NCBI GenBank assembly: GCA_964035545.1
Contig: OZ037765.1
Span: 11,542,698 to 11,606,697, forward strand
DNA length: 64,000 nt
Reading direction: 5' to 3'
Source: Bugula neritina
Lineage: Eukaryota; Animalia; Bryozoa
Shown: positions 1 to 12,225 of the stretch, piece by piece
Numbering within the stretch: the stretch's first letter is position 1
Layout of the letters: every line of letters starts with the position of its first letter
Notes under the pieces: generated by a model
Database searches by the model: none
The model's input: only the letters and a program-made list of their open reading frames with translations
Told to the model about the DNA's origin: nothing
Position numbers and translations under genes: made by a program

Positions 1-453
1 CGATCTCGATATTTTAAAATTTGCCCCAAATAAAAAGACTCGTGAACGTACACGATCTACATGTGCTCGACAAGTATGTACTCGGTATATTTTATCAAGG
101 TGCTGAAACATTTACCCATTTGGCATATAATCTATAAATAACATCGTGAAATCTCTACAAAAAGTTGTGAAAAATTGACTGATTACCAAATATGCCTACT
201 TTCGAAAATGTATTCTGAACAATGATAATTGACTATTTAAATTTAAAAGTTAGAAAGATATTTTGGAAAACAAAAATTAGATTTATTGTAAATGCCAAAT
301 GTGTACTGTTTGCAGCACAAAATATGGTGCTCTTGTTTAGGGCAGCGTTAGTCACTCTGAAGCTTATATTTGAGCTTAGAGGTGGCAAGAAGCAGGTCCT
401 GTATAGATTGGAGGGGTTGTTAGCATATGCCTATGTCATGTCATGTGTTTCAG

Positions 454-3279
454 AAAGCAGGCTTGGGCGTGGATGCAAGGAGATAGTCACAGGGCTAGAC
501 AGAAGCATGGCCGGCAAGGGTATAAGTCAGTTAGTCCCACTCGGTATTCATACGACCATTTAGTCAGCTCTATGGACAGGATGCGCATCAAAGACTATGC
601 CGACGATGATTATACACTTAGTAACAATAATAATGATGTTGACACCCGCTCCAGATACCTTGACAACTCGGTAAATTCTCAACTACCTTCATTTTGATAC
701 TGCATGGCGAGTCACCCAACCAAACCAAACAAGCATTTGTCTTCCCCACACTTCTGCTGTTGCAAATGGCTGGACAACTTTTGTTTAATTGTCGGCTGCT
801 GTTTATATGTTTTGTAAGTTGGCGAAGTGAAAGTAGAATGTCATTGGTTGTATTTGTAGAAAGTAACCTCAAGTCCTGCGAGAACTGTGGACGTGACGCA
901 AGGAGATCGGCTGAATGCTCTAAAGGCAGCACATCAAAGGCAGCGACACTCCAGGGCAGCCACGACAGGTTCAAGGTAATTTATGCATAGAAATCATGTC
1001 TTGTATATCAACTATTTTGTTCCATCTTATGGGCGATATATGCATAAAAATTCTTCAGTCCGCAAGCTGTTAATATTAAATATAAATATATTTATTAATA
1101 TTGCAGCATTCTATTTATAAGTTTCATATTCTAGGAGTTTTGACCTAGCCCAAGCTAGATATCTGCGCTACAGTGACTGGTTGTAAGTTGGGGCATAACA
1201 ACGCACCCCCTTACTATTATATATAAATGCATACATGTACTAACAGTAGTCTCAGCCTGCTAAGCCGCATGGAGCATGCAACTCCTGGCTGGAGGCTGTT
1301 TTATTCAAAGCTCTTTGGCTTTTGCTCTTTCCAATGTCTTGTAAATGCACACTAACGATTTCCACACGTCATATACTTACCTTCTTTGATCAATTACTAT
1401 TTCGTGAGTTTTTGTTGTTTTGATTGGTTGATATGTACTATAATTATATCGTTTCGTAATGTTGTCAATGTCCTTCACTAAGTCCTTGAAAAGTTGTACC
1501 TTTAGCTTTGATATGCTTACCTTTTTCTTTCTGTTGAACAGTTAATGCTGTGTCTTCATAACATTATGTTTCATTGCTCTAAACACACATTGCACAGTTT
1601 TGCCATTGTTGCTATTGTGCTGATGTAAAGTGAAATATTTATGTCGCTACGTTTACTTCCAGAATTAATTGCTAAGATGTCAAAAAGTCTCTTTTGGGCT
1701 AATCAAAAGATCCATCTTTTTCAGATTTATTTTAGTAAGTTTCAATATCATATCTTACGTTGTATGATTTCGCAGCACTGAGGTGCCAAGAGATCACCAC
1801 CGAACCAGCACACAGCCGTACAGAAGCAGCGGTTCTCTGGCCAAGTCTGGCAGCGCGTCATCACCACATAAACACACGAGTACTGCTCATGTCACTGACA
1901 GCAAACGACTCGGTCATTCTGCTACGAGCAGCTCTTCAACTCTCAAACCGTGAGTATTGTTAGTGTGACCATCTTTCACCGTGTAACTTCTCTGCACGAT
2001 TTAGGCTTCTAGCCAAATAGAATAGAATTAGATATCTTTAGTCTCTCACTCTACACTTGTTTTAGGGCTAGAGCTAAACCTGTAACTAGTCCAGTCCTAA
2101 TTCACACCGTGCTAGTTTTCCACTTAGTTTTCCCTTAGTCTTACCGTCTGTAGGGGTTTGCTTGTCGCATTGTCTGTACAGCTTCTCAATACATTACGCA
2201 GCTCTGCTTGCTGTTTCCAGGCTGGCTTACTAAACTCACAAACATCCACTTGAACTTCCCAATAGGTTTTAGTGGTTAGTTTGACTTATAACTGGTTGTT
2301 ACTATCTAATCCATAGGAGTGGCACAAACACGCGTGATAAACAGCCTAGCTCCAGTTCTTCGTATCGTATTGGTGGTGACAGTCCCCCCTCCTCTGCATA
2401 TACTTCGGCATTAAATGATTTGTACTCTAGCAGAAACTATGAGCCGGCTACAAATTATCAGTTTAACTCTCGACCTACAGTAAGTGGTAATTCCTAGAGA
2501 AAATACACTTTCCGTTAGCTATCACTATAAGCACAAAAACAACAGCTTGATATGAAATGATATTTGCTCAAAAACTTACCCTACAGTCTACACTATGATT
2601 TAATTGAGTTTCACTCAACTTACTGAAACAGAATTATGGATCAATTAAAGAGAAGTTTTAGCTGCACATTTATAATTGTTTTTTTTTTGTCTTTGCTTTC
2701 TCTCTTTCTCTGTTCTTTGTCTGTACAATCTTCTCCCCATTTTGCTTGAAGTGGCTGAGTGCATTGTCCACCATTACCTGAGCACTACTGTGGTAGTTGT
2801 CTTTTCATGAATATAACACTGGGGGAAAAATTGGGATTGCCATTTCGGTTACAGGTTTAAAAGTTGTAAATTTGCAACACGCCTGAGGGAGGGATACAAA
2901 ATAATGTGATGATAAAAATTTGATCATTGAAATATTCAAATAAATATCATATTTAGATTTATACAGATCAATGAATTGATTATTAGTAAAACTGTGAGAA
3001 ACTTTTAAAAATTGTAAATTGTTTTGTGAAAATAAAATTAAACTTTCACCACAAAATTTTGTAATTATCTTTAAACGATTACAAATTTATTCAATCATTT
3101 AGTTCTTTCTAACCTAGCAAGTTTTATAATAAGAGTAAATGCTTCTAGATGAGCTTTTTCATGCAATTATCTCAATTGAGGTGAGGCCCATCATTCAACA
3201 TTGATTTACGTTTCAGGAAAATTCAGACAATCGTGTCTGGAGAAATTATCAGCGCCATCTCAAGTCATACTGGCAATAA
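454..3279 (+). CDS. CDC14: CDC14 dual-specificity phosphatase, 3' exons only (catalytic domain lies upstream of the window)
   Basis: Phase-consistent GT-AG exons 454-670, 860-975, 1776-1949, 2317-2479, then a terminal exon (3217-3279 shown; alternatives 2752-2781 and 3875-3904). Translation has KQAWAWMQGD and VTQGDRLNALK..RHSRAATTG, resembling the post-catalytic motifs KQxxLWxQGD and TQGD(K/R)LRALK of animal CDC14A/B. Confidence 0.75.
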
Positions 3280-6200
3280 CTTGTATGCATTATTGGGTAT
3301 ATTTTTCCCTTGCTTTTTTAATTCAAATTTTTGTTTGTTCTTTATATTATAAAATTGTTATATTTATTTTTCTGTTACCTACATAGTTTTTTATAATTTC
3401 ATTTGCTTTTAATCTTTTTACCTGTAGAATGATTAGATTCAACCTCAGGTTGAAGTTGTCTTCTTTATATTGCCCAATTAGTTGTGATATCAATTACATA
3501 TTTAGGTATGATTATTTCCAAATTACTTGATGCTCAGTAATGTTGTAAGACCTATAAGGGTTTATTTTGAAGGGACAACTCAAAAAATTCTCTTTTGTTG
3601 CAAACGAATTTTTATTGCCAAAATTTTCATTTGCATAGTTTTAGCTTCAGCTACTTGTTCTAAACGTTTGTTATTGCAAAGCATTAAGTTTTTTAATCGG
3701 GTTCAATAATTTTTGAAATTCATAAATTTAGTTTCATTTATTTTATTTCTCACACTTTTTTCTCGTTTGTAAGTAAAGAATATTTTTTTAAATATTTACG
3801 TATTATGTTTATAATTGGTGTACGTAAAACTGGTAGGCTTACTTATTTAATTTCTTATTTTAATTTATTTTTAGGCGATCCATGGCTCGTACACGCTCTA
3901 CTAGGGCCTCAAGGAAAGCATTTTAAGTCTACCCAGAAAAACAATTGACCCGACTAAAAACATAGATTTATATTGTTAAGTTAAATAGCTTAGTTCAAAA
4001 TATCCTAAACTGTGATTAACAAAAATATATTACTCTCTTTATTTTTGTACAGAGGTTTCATAAATAAATATTTTGTTATCCAATGTTAGTTTCACCTTCA
4101 TACTCTTCCGTTTAAAAAGACTTAGTTAGAAATTATATATTATAACTTTTTATAATTATTACAAGAATGGAAGATTCGGTATAAACTACTCTACTAAATG
4201 CTGTGACATATTAAAATATAATATTTTTCTTGCTAAAACTAAAACACCTATTAACATGTAAAACATATTTTATTGATCTCATAAATTGTGATCATTTAGG
4301 CTTTGCTCTTCAGTACAATCAATTTCTTATTTACGTAGCTCTGTAATGTTCTTCTGTCTTACTTATTAGATTATCATGTTATTGCTTTTTATAGTATATT
4401 TCTATAATTATTTAGTGCATGTGGTTACTGTGATTGAGAATGGATAACTATTATTTAATATGATTTTGTTTGTGTATAGTTTCTTGGTCTTCGACTAATT
4501 TTCGATCTGCTATATTTTTTCTATTACTACACATGTTACAACTTGTAAGTGAAAATCTATATTAATGCTAATTGTAGAACTCTGAATTGGCTTTCCCAGC
4601 GTAGTGTTTGTTATGTGCTGGAATTTTTGCTCAATAAATTCCAATCTAGGTCAGAAAAAAACTAAGATTTTTTTTCTCTATTAGTCTCTTATTTGCTATT
4701 TTATTTTGTTGAAAATAATATATGAAAGTACTAATAACAACCAAATGTGTTTTATTTTAAGTTAAATCAAACAGATTCTATGAGCAAATACAATTATTTG
4801 CTCCTGTCCTAAAAATAATGCTGCTTATGTAAAGGATGATACGAGGTTTGGTAATCTGTATAGTCACTAGAGAGCTCTTTTGAGATAGCTGTCATCCAAT
4901 AGCAGTGTGACCTATATTGATTGAACTTGTTAAATCTTAACATTAAAGATGAAACTGCCAGCCCATGTTGACGCTTAAGCAAAATTTTATGCTATATATA
5001 TATAATATATATGTATATATATATGATGTATTTATATGTGTGTATGCATGTATGTATATATATACACGAGCACGCACACACACGCACATTATATATGATT
5101 GTGAATTTAATTAGGAATGTAGCAAAACATGTGCCTAATCTTACACTAGAATTGGTAATAGAACTAATACAATAGGTTTAAATTGTGAAAGTTATTCATG
5201 TTATTCACAAAGTTCTCAAACTCGTTTCATACAGTAAATTATTGTACTTGTCAGGTGCTAGATTGAAAAATATCTCTACATGTTCTATTCACAACTCATG
5301 AGTAGGATATAGTGTGAAAGTTTACTCAGCAAATGTAATGGTAGATGTCAAGGTGAAGGAGATGTCAGGAGCCCAAGAGTCTTTGAACTTGCAAGTTTAG
5401 CTTATAAAATACTGTTAACCTACGTCTTGACCATCAAATCAAAATGTCAAGTGGTTTCAAAATCAATTCACGTCATCTGTTAATAGCTAATAATTATATT
5501 GCTGACATAACTGATTATATTAATATTAGAGTGGTGCAGCAAATATACTCAATCAAGCATATTGTAGTATAAGTATTATAAGAATTTTCTCGTAAAAAGT
5601 GCTGGCGCCAGTTCATGACAAAAAGTACTGAATTTTAAGAACGCATAAATAATTGTCAACATCAAGAAAACTAACTGCTGTTTGAACTATAATCAAAAGG
5701 AAAACTCAACTCAAATTTTCAAGTATATTTTATTACTATTATTCTTTCAAGATCGAAGTGTGTCACTGACCACAGTCATATAAATCAAAATTTGCACCAT
5801 ATAAATAATATATAGCAGGGACAATAGGAAGATTAAACTCATAGTACAAATATATTCCGGTTTTATCACAAGTGAGTTGATAAATACTACAAACGAATTT
5901 ACTGCATTTCAATAAGATAAAACACATATTTGTCTGCGTACATGTCTTGTTCATGAGTGTAATGTTATAAACTAAAAGTATGCAAATTCACCATTCAATT
6001 AAAAATATTAATTGTGCGACATGCCAATACCATAACTTTTCAAAAAAGTTCCGAGCTATTATAGCACAATTTTTTTGTATATCATAATAATTTATGGAAA
6101 TATATTTTATATTTTGTTGCTCATATTTAATAAATATCAGAAAGTCATAAAAACTAAAATAACGCACCACATATATCATTGATTTTAGAGAATTGTACAA

Positions 6201-6293
6201 AAAATCTGAAAATATATTGTCATAGTTGGAAGAATCAGCATTTGATTACTAATTGTTGATTGCCATGTTTGGATGATTTGAAATCAGCTGCAG

Positions 6294-7115
6294 TTACAGT
6301 TTAGATGTCTCTACAAGAAACTCCTTTTCCAAACAAGAGGTGTCCAACTTTTCATCATATAGCTCACTATTTCTACTGCTTACAATGCTCTGCTCTTCAT
6401 GCAAAGCTGTGGTGTAGGTAGGCTGATCTGCTGAGGTTTTTAGTTGGAAAGATGTTAATTCTACTTGAGGCCTTTCCACCTCTATTATGTCATGCATGGC
6501 GTGTCGAAAGCTTTGAATACAAGGTAGAGAAGACGGGGCCCGTAGCTTATGGGATAACTCTTTTACTGGGGAGGTTCGATTAACAGCTTTATAAAAATCG
6601 GCATAGCATTGTAGAGGCATGCTTAATGGCTCAATAGAACTGTTTGTAGATAAATCTATTTTGATGTCATGCTGAGCTTGTAGTTTTCTATCTGTATACT
6701 CCTTTAGAATATGATCTCGTTTCTCCATTAGGATCACACAGGCAATAATAATAATGAATATTCCAAAGCCCATAACCGAAGGTCCAACGAATGTTAAGGA
6801 TTTCAAAGCTTTAAACTTCTCCTTTCCTGATGGATCCTCAGGAAGTGAGCCATTGTCTAATTTTACATTCACTTTTGGTCTAGAATATTCCTCAGCATGA
6901 AAAGCAAAATTACACATAACAGACCCGATTATGATAAGAAAAATTCCTGATCCAACTGTAATCCAGGGGCCACGAAGTAGAGGAATAAAACAACGCTGCC
7001 GTAACGGTGCACGTGGAGTTCTTTTCCGGAGTTCTCTCTTATGCTGAAAATAGTTTCTCCGAGCTTCTGACCGTTCTCTAGCTACCCGGCCAACAATAGC
7101 AGCCCTCGCAAACAT
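6294..7115 (-). CDS. TMEM200: TMEM200 family (DUF2371) two-TM protein, single coding exon, 273 aa
   Basis: Basic N-terminus, TM1 (GIFLIIIGSVMCNFAF), TM2 with LTFVGPSVMGFGIFIIIIACVILMEKRD matching the TMEM200 pattern GPxxMGxGIFIFICAxxxLxExRD, then a disordered tail. Confidence 0.75.
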   Translation of the reverse strand: MFARAAIVGRVARERSEARRNYFQHKRELRKRTPRAPLRQRCFIPLLRGPWITVGSGIFLIIIGSVMCNFAFHAEEYSRPKVNVKLDNGSLPEDPSGKEKFKALKSLTFVGPSVMGFGIFIIIIACVILMEKRDHILKEYTDRKLQAQHDIKIDLSTNSSIEPLSMPLQCYADFYKAVNRTSPVKELSHKLRAPSSLPCIQSFRHAMHDIIEVERPQVELTSFQLKTSADQPTYTTALHEEQSIVSSRNSELYDEKLDTSCLEKEFLVETSKL

Positions 7116-10100
7116 CAGTAATGTTGTACTCTACCAGTCAGTTACTCAACTCACCAAACTCACCTATAAACATTCATAACATACTCTAGCACTTTCATCT
7201 CTTGCCATAACATAATATATGAGGGCATACGGAAATCTTTTTCTCAGCCTTTTTTCTTGTGTATTACACAACACTGACAATTCCATTGAGTATAACTCAT
7301 ACAGCAAATATTGCTATGCATGAAAAACTATCAACTAGCTAATGCTGGAGCACAATTGAAGCAAAAATTGTGTTATTAGCATCTCTTGGGAATAAGATAA
7401 TAGCATGTGGGTAATACTTATAAGAAAGACATTGAATCTTGACAAACAAAACCAAACTTTACTGAGTATGACAACTGCATACTTGTGAACGTGGCTAGCA
7501 AACTAAGCCAAATGTAACACACTAGAGCGCAGCAAGGTGCCTTTGCTCTATAAAGAAAGCAGTTGGCAGTAGTCTCTAATGACCTTTAAATAATACCAAG
7601 GCCCACTTGCTGCAGTCTTTAGTACACTCAATAAAACAAGCTTATAATAATATAAAAACATGCATAAAACTTTAAAACTAATGAATGAAAATTTGACCTT
7701 ATAATATTATGTTAATTTATCCTTTAAATTAGAAACTTTTCAATTTTTAAAAAGTTAACTTGTGTATTCACCAAATAGGTTTGAAAAACAAAGTTAGGCA
7801 ATTTTTTCTGAGAAAATCAATTGCTTTTAGGTGTCTTTTGTCTAACTAAAAGTATAAACAGCTTCTATTTTAAATATACAGCAAGTAGGCTACTAGGTCT
7901 GAAATAGTCGATGGTACAATGCAAAAACAGTATGTTGTTAGAATACCTACTGTTTCAGACTTATTTTACTACTTGTGTCAAAAAGTGTAGATTTGCAGCT
8001 TCATTCAACACTTATTGTATGTTACTATAATGGCACAACTTACCGCTGGATTGCACTGCGACTTCATTTAACTACACCTAGTCACAGCAGGTAACACTGT
8101 ATGATTAGTAGGCCTATAATGTGTGTAAAAATATCGCACTGTTTGTTGGCTGTTTTAAATTACTATAAACCAGTGTTGAAGAGGCAATAAAAATCAATGT
8201 TTTGTTGAAGCCTCTGTGCTGTTTCACAACATATGATGATTGGCAGCTGGTAATGATAATGTTATGTCAAAGCAATGCTGTGCTTTGAATTAATATTCAT
8301 TTCATTAATTGAAGTACTAAAAAGTGCTATGAAGGTAATAAGACCATAGCCATTGCAGATGAAATATATCAAATATTTTTGATAACTTACTAAAAAATAA
8401 CTTACTACATGCAGTTATAAGATTGGTGACTAATTAACCTAATAGCTAATTTGTGACTTTGTTACTTCCAATCAATTTAGCTATTTATTTTATTTGATTA
8501 TATGCCTGTACACTATTAATCTAATAAGTTGTATTTTATGTAAAGACATTTATTGCTATTGCTTAGCTCATAAAAACATACAATTGATTACAGTTTTCAA
8601 CTTTCATCATTCTAGTCTTTCAATTTTACTGGCAAACCAAGAAAAAACTATTTCACTTTCTCTGTTGCCATTATGATTGAATGATTCTATACGTTTAGCT
8701 TAAAATACTCAGACAATAATAAGTAAACCAGTTTTAAATTGTGTTTTTCATATTTGATCCTTTTAAAAGAAAATAAAATACAATCAGATGCAATGCCTGG
8801 TTTTCCAACATTGCATGTACAGGTTATAAACCTATAGACCAGTGTATTAAGTGGCAGTTTGACTTTGATTTACTGATCAGTGATCTGCGCCTTATATGCT
8901 GGTAGACTCTGTTCTATTTTATTCTAATGTCTGTAAGTTACAATGGTTTCCTGAGTATAATTACATCCTCTGCTGACATATTTTTCCAGCTTACGAGCTG
9001 TAGACCGTATCGAGTATTCAACAAACAAGTAAATTTATTAGAGCATAAAACATTTATGAAAATTTTCAGGCTGAAGCATAAACTTGTATGAAGGAAATAT
9101 TGATTATGAGAAATAGGCAGTATGTAGTGTCAACCTCGCTTACTTTGTAAATTGGCTTTTATATTGTTTATATACCTTTGAAGTTGCATATTTCAGCAGT
9201 AAATGTGACACTCAATTAACACTGACTGAGATCTCTAGCATTGAGCAGATAGGCCAAGTCTAAAGTAAAACATAAAATTTCTAAAGTGAAGTATTAAATC
9301 ATTTGAAAAGTTCTATATTATGCTGCATTTTATTTTACCTGAATATTATATAGTATAGCTTTACATATACCAAATTTTAATCCCCGTGTAATATCCTGTA
9401 TCATTATTTGTATATCTTTATGTTTTTAATAAGAAGAAGCTTATTTTTAAAATGCTAAAAAGTTATTGAAGTTGAAGCAAAAACAAAAAAAAAATATTTT
9501 ACTATAGGTTTTATAGTTATCTTTTCTTAAGGTTGGGCTACATATACGTGTAGGTACTACAACATTATAAGTATTATAATACATGCAGTAGAATAAAGAT
9601 AAATTGTTATATGTGTATAATTGTATATATGTAATATGTTATTACTTGCCTTTAGTCCAGCTACCACCCTGTAAGCAATTGTTAGATGTAATGTCAGTTT
9701 GAACTTCAATGGATCGCACTTACCAGGAGAACAGAGTTCAGTGACCATTAAGTGTAGCTCTTATGTCGTTATGGTTACACCAGTTCAGAACAAATAAGTT
9801 TTATATGTTAAGAAAGCCTTGGGATCCACAATAATGCATTTTACTGCAGATCTTGAATAGTTGTATATAATGTCATGGAACCTAGCGCACTTTATTATAT
9901 TATTATATTATTAGCCAATTATTGTGATCATCCAATCATCAAACTACTATTTCTTCAGCAGACAATACATGCGAAGGGTTCTATAAAGAGACTGTCAACT
10001 TCAGTAGGCGGCATGCATATTAAATTATAAAAGCTTTCATGTTTGATTGAGATATTTTTTATCAAAACCGGTAAAATAAGTTTTAAAGGTACTAAGATTT

Positions 10101-11636
10101 CTTCACTAACATTTCAACCATTACTATGTCCATCTTAATTTAAAGTGAAAGCTGGTAATTATAGCTGTTATATACTACTATGTCTGTTATATATCACATA
10201 TAGCTGATAAAATACAATTATGACAGAATGAAAAGAGTAGAATGTGTCATATAATTACTTAAATAAACGCCTAATATTGCCATTATTGCAGTGCGTATAT
10301 TAAATTTTTAAAAAAGATTTATGTTAAATAGAAATAATTTCTTGCTTGTTTTTAGATTCTACACGGCATGCATCTAGAACTAAGGTGAAAATAATGCTTC
10401 ATTACCAGCTGGTTCCAACTTGACTATAAATAACAGTGTACCTGAATGTAGCTTAGTAAATCCTACCCTATATAGATGTTGAAGTTTAACTTTCATTGTT
10501 TTCCTCAGCATAAGTTGCTTGGGATTATCTTTATTTTAAGGTAAAAAAAAAAAATATTTTTAATAATAAAGTTTGGGGCATATAGGTTATAAAACTAGAA
10601 ATTCTAACTTGTAAACATATTATATAATCCTAAACACTTAATAAGTAAGTTTTGTAAAAAATATTATCATATTCAAAATTTATTTCAAGATAGATTGCTT
10701 TAATAGAAGCAATAAGACCATTTTAATATTTTATTATATTTTAGATAATTGCATAAAGCTTACTTTAGCATCATAAAACTGAAATCCTATTATTATTTAA
10801 ACATGATGCCATTTTGCCTAAGCAAGAAGACAACTCTCAAGAACAGTTGTAACCTTTTTATTAGAAAATTCTCATTCAGTGTTGATCAATGAAGATGTTT
10901 TGAAAATCCAACACTAGTGAGTAGTTTCAAAATGAATTGCACAATTTTAATTTTAGCATTTTTGTAGATTGTGAGAAATTTCAACAGTTTTACAAAATGT
11001 TTCTTGTCTCCTCAAAAAGAAGAGTCTAACTTGAGGGTACAAGAAAAATTTTAGACTCAGTATCAAACTTTATGTCAAATAACTCTAAGGCTAACTTTTA
11101 TTCATTTTTATTAATTTTTTTATAAAAATAGAACACTGCTCCAAATGTAAACAAGTTTTCAGCTTACAGAGCTGCCATATTTCTAGGAATGTGAAATATC
11201 TATGCCTGTCATCTAGAACTATTTACTCTATTCATTGCTAGGAATAACAACTCTTGTACTTGAAATAAATTGATCTTTTCCATATGCATTCATGGTCAGA
11301 TCTCATTATTTTCTTCAAAGAAAAAACAAATAAACTTATATTTTATAAAAGTTTAATAAGAAAAATAAAAATATATTATGTACTATGTTGAGCACTTTAA
11401 CAGCACTTGAAATAACATAAAATGTTGATCAACGCAATTGATAGTTTTTATAGTCAACAGATCTGACTTAACATACAGTGTCTAAAAACTTAAATAGTAA
11501 ATAATTCAAAGCAATTTCCTTTTCACTATAATTAGCTTGGTTAATCGCATAAAATGTAATTTATAAAACTGAATCAACTTTACATACAATATTTCGCTGT
11601 CACAGGTCATCAAACGCTATAGCTATTCTTTCGATA

Positions 11637-11740
11637 GTACTAGTAATAGTAGTAGTGCTTGTAGCTGTAATAGTAATAGTAATAGTAATAGCAGTTATAG
11701 TAATAGTAATTGTAATAATAATAGTAATAGTAATAGTAAT
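11637..11740. repeat. (TAGTAA)n degenerate microsatellite
   Basis: Directly visible TAGTAA/TAA units about 500 bp upstream of the SLC5A7 ATG. Confidence 0.85.
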
Positions 11741-12225
11741 ATAGCCGCAGAGCTACTACATATTTGTTTGTTTTGTAATATTGAGTCAAAGTAAAAGAAA
11801 GAAATGTATGCAGCTGAAAAAGAGGAATACTAATGACAAGGCTCTATGGGCAACAGCACCAAGGCTAGTCGAGGTACACAAGCACATATTAATATTATAT
11901 TACCTTTTAAGCTGGTATGTAAATGACACTAACATAACAAAGGTGTATAATGCTACATGAAACAAAGTGCTCACATTCTATACTAAGAATTGCAGTAAGC
12001 TGCTTAGGTTCCAAATGCCACAGTCAAAGAATGTTATACATTAGTTATACCTGGTTGAATAAAATGACAGTTTATCTTGATTATGTATCCATTGAACCAT
12101 GGCAAAGCTCGTGGTCATCTAAATAGTATAATAGTAAACACACTTATTTTCTTAGATCACTCTGTCTATCGGATATATCAGTCTACTTTGAATGAGTTGA
12201 TAAGAATACCGAATACTAAATCAGG

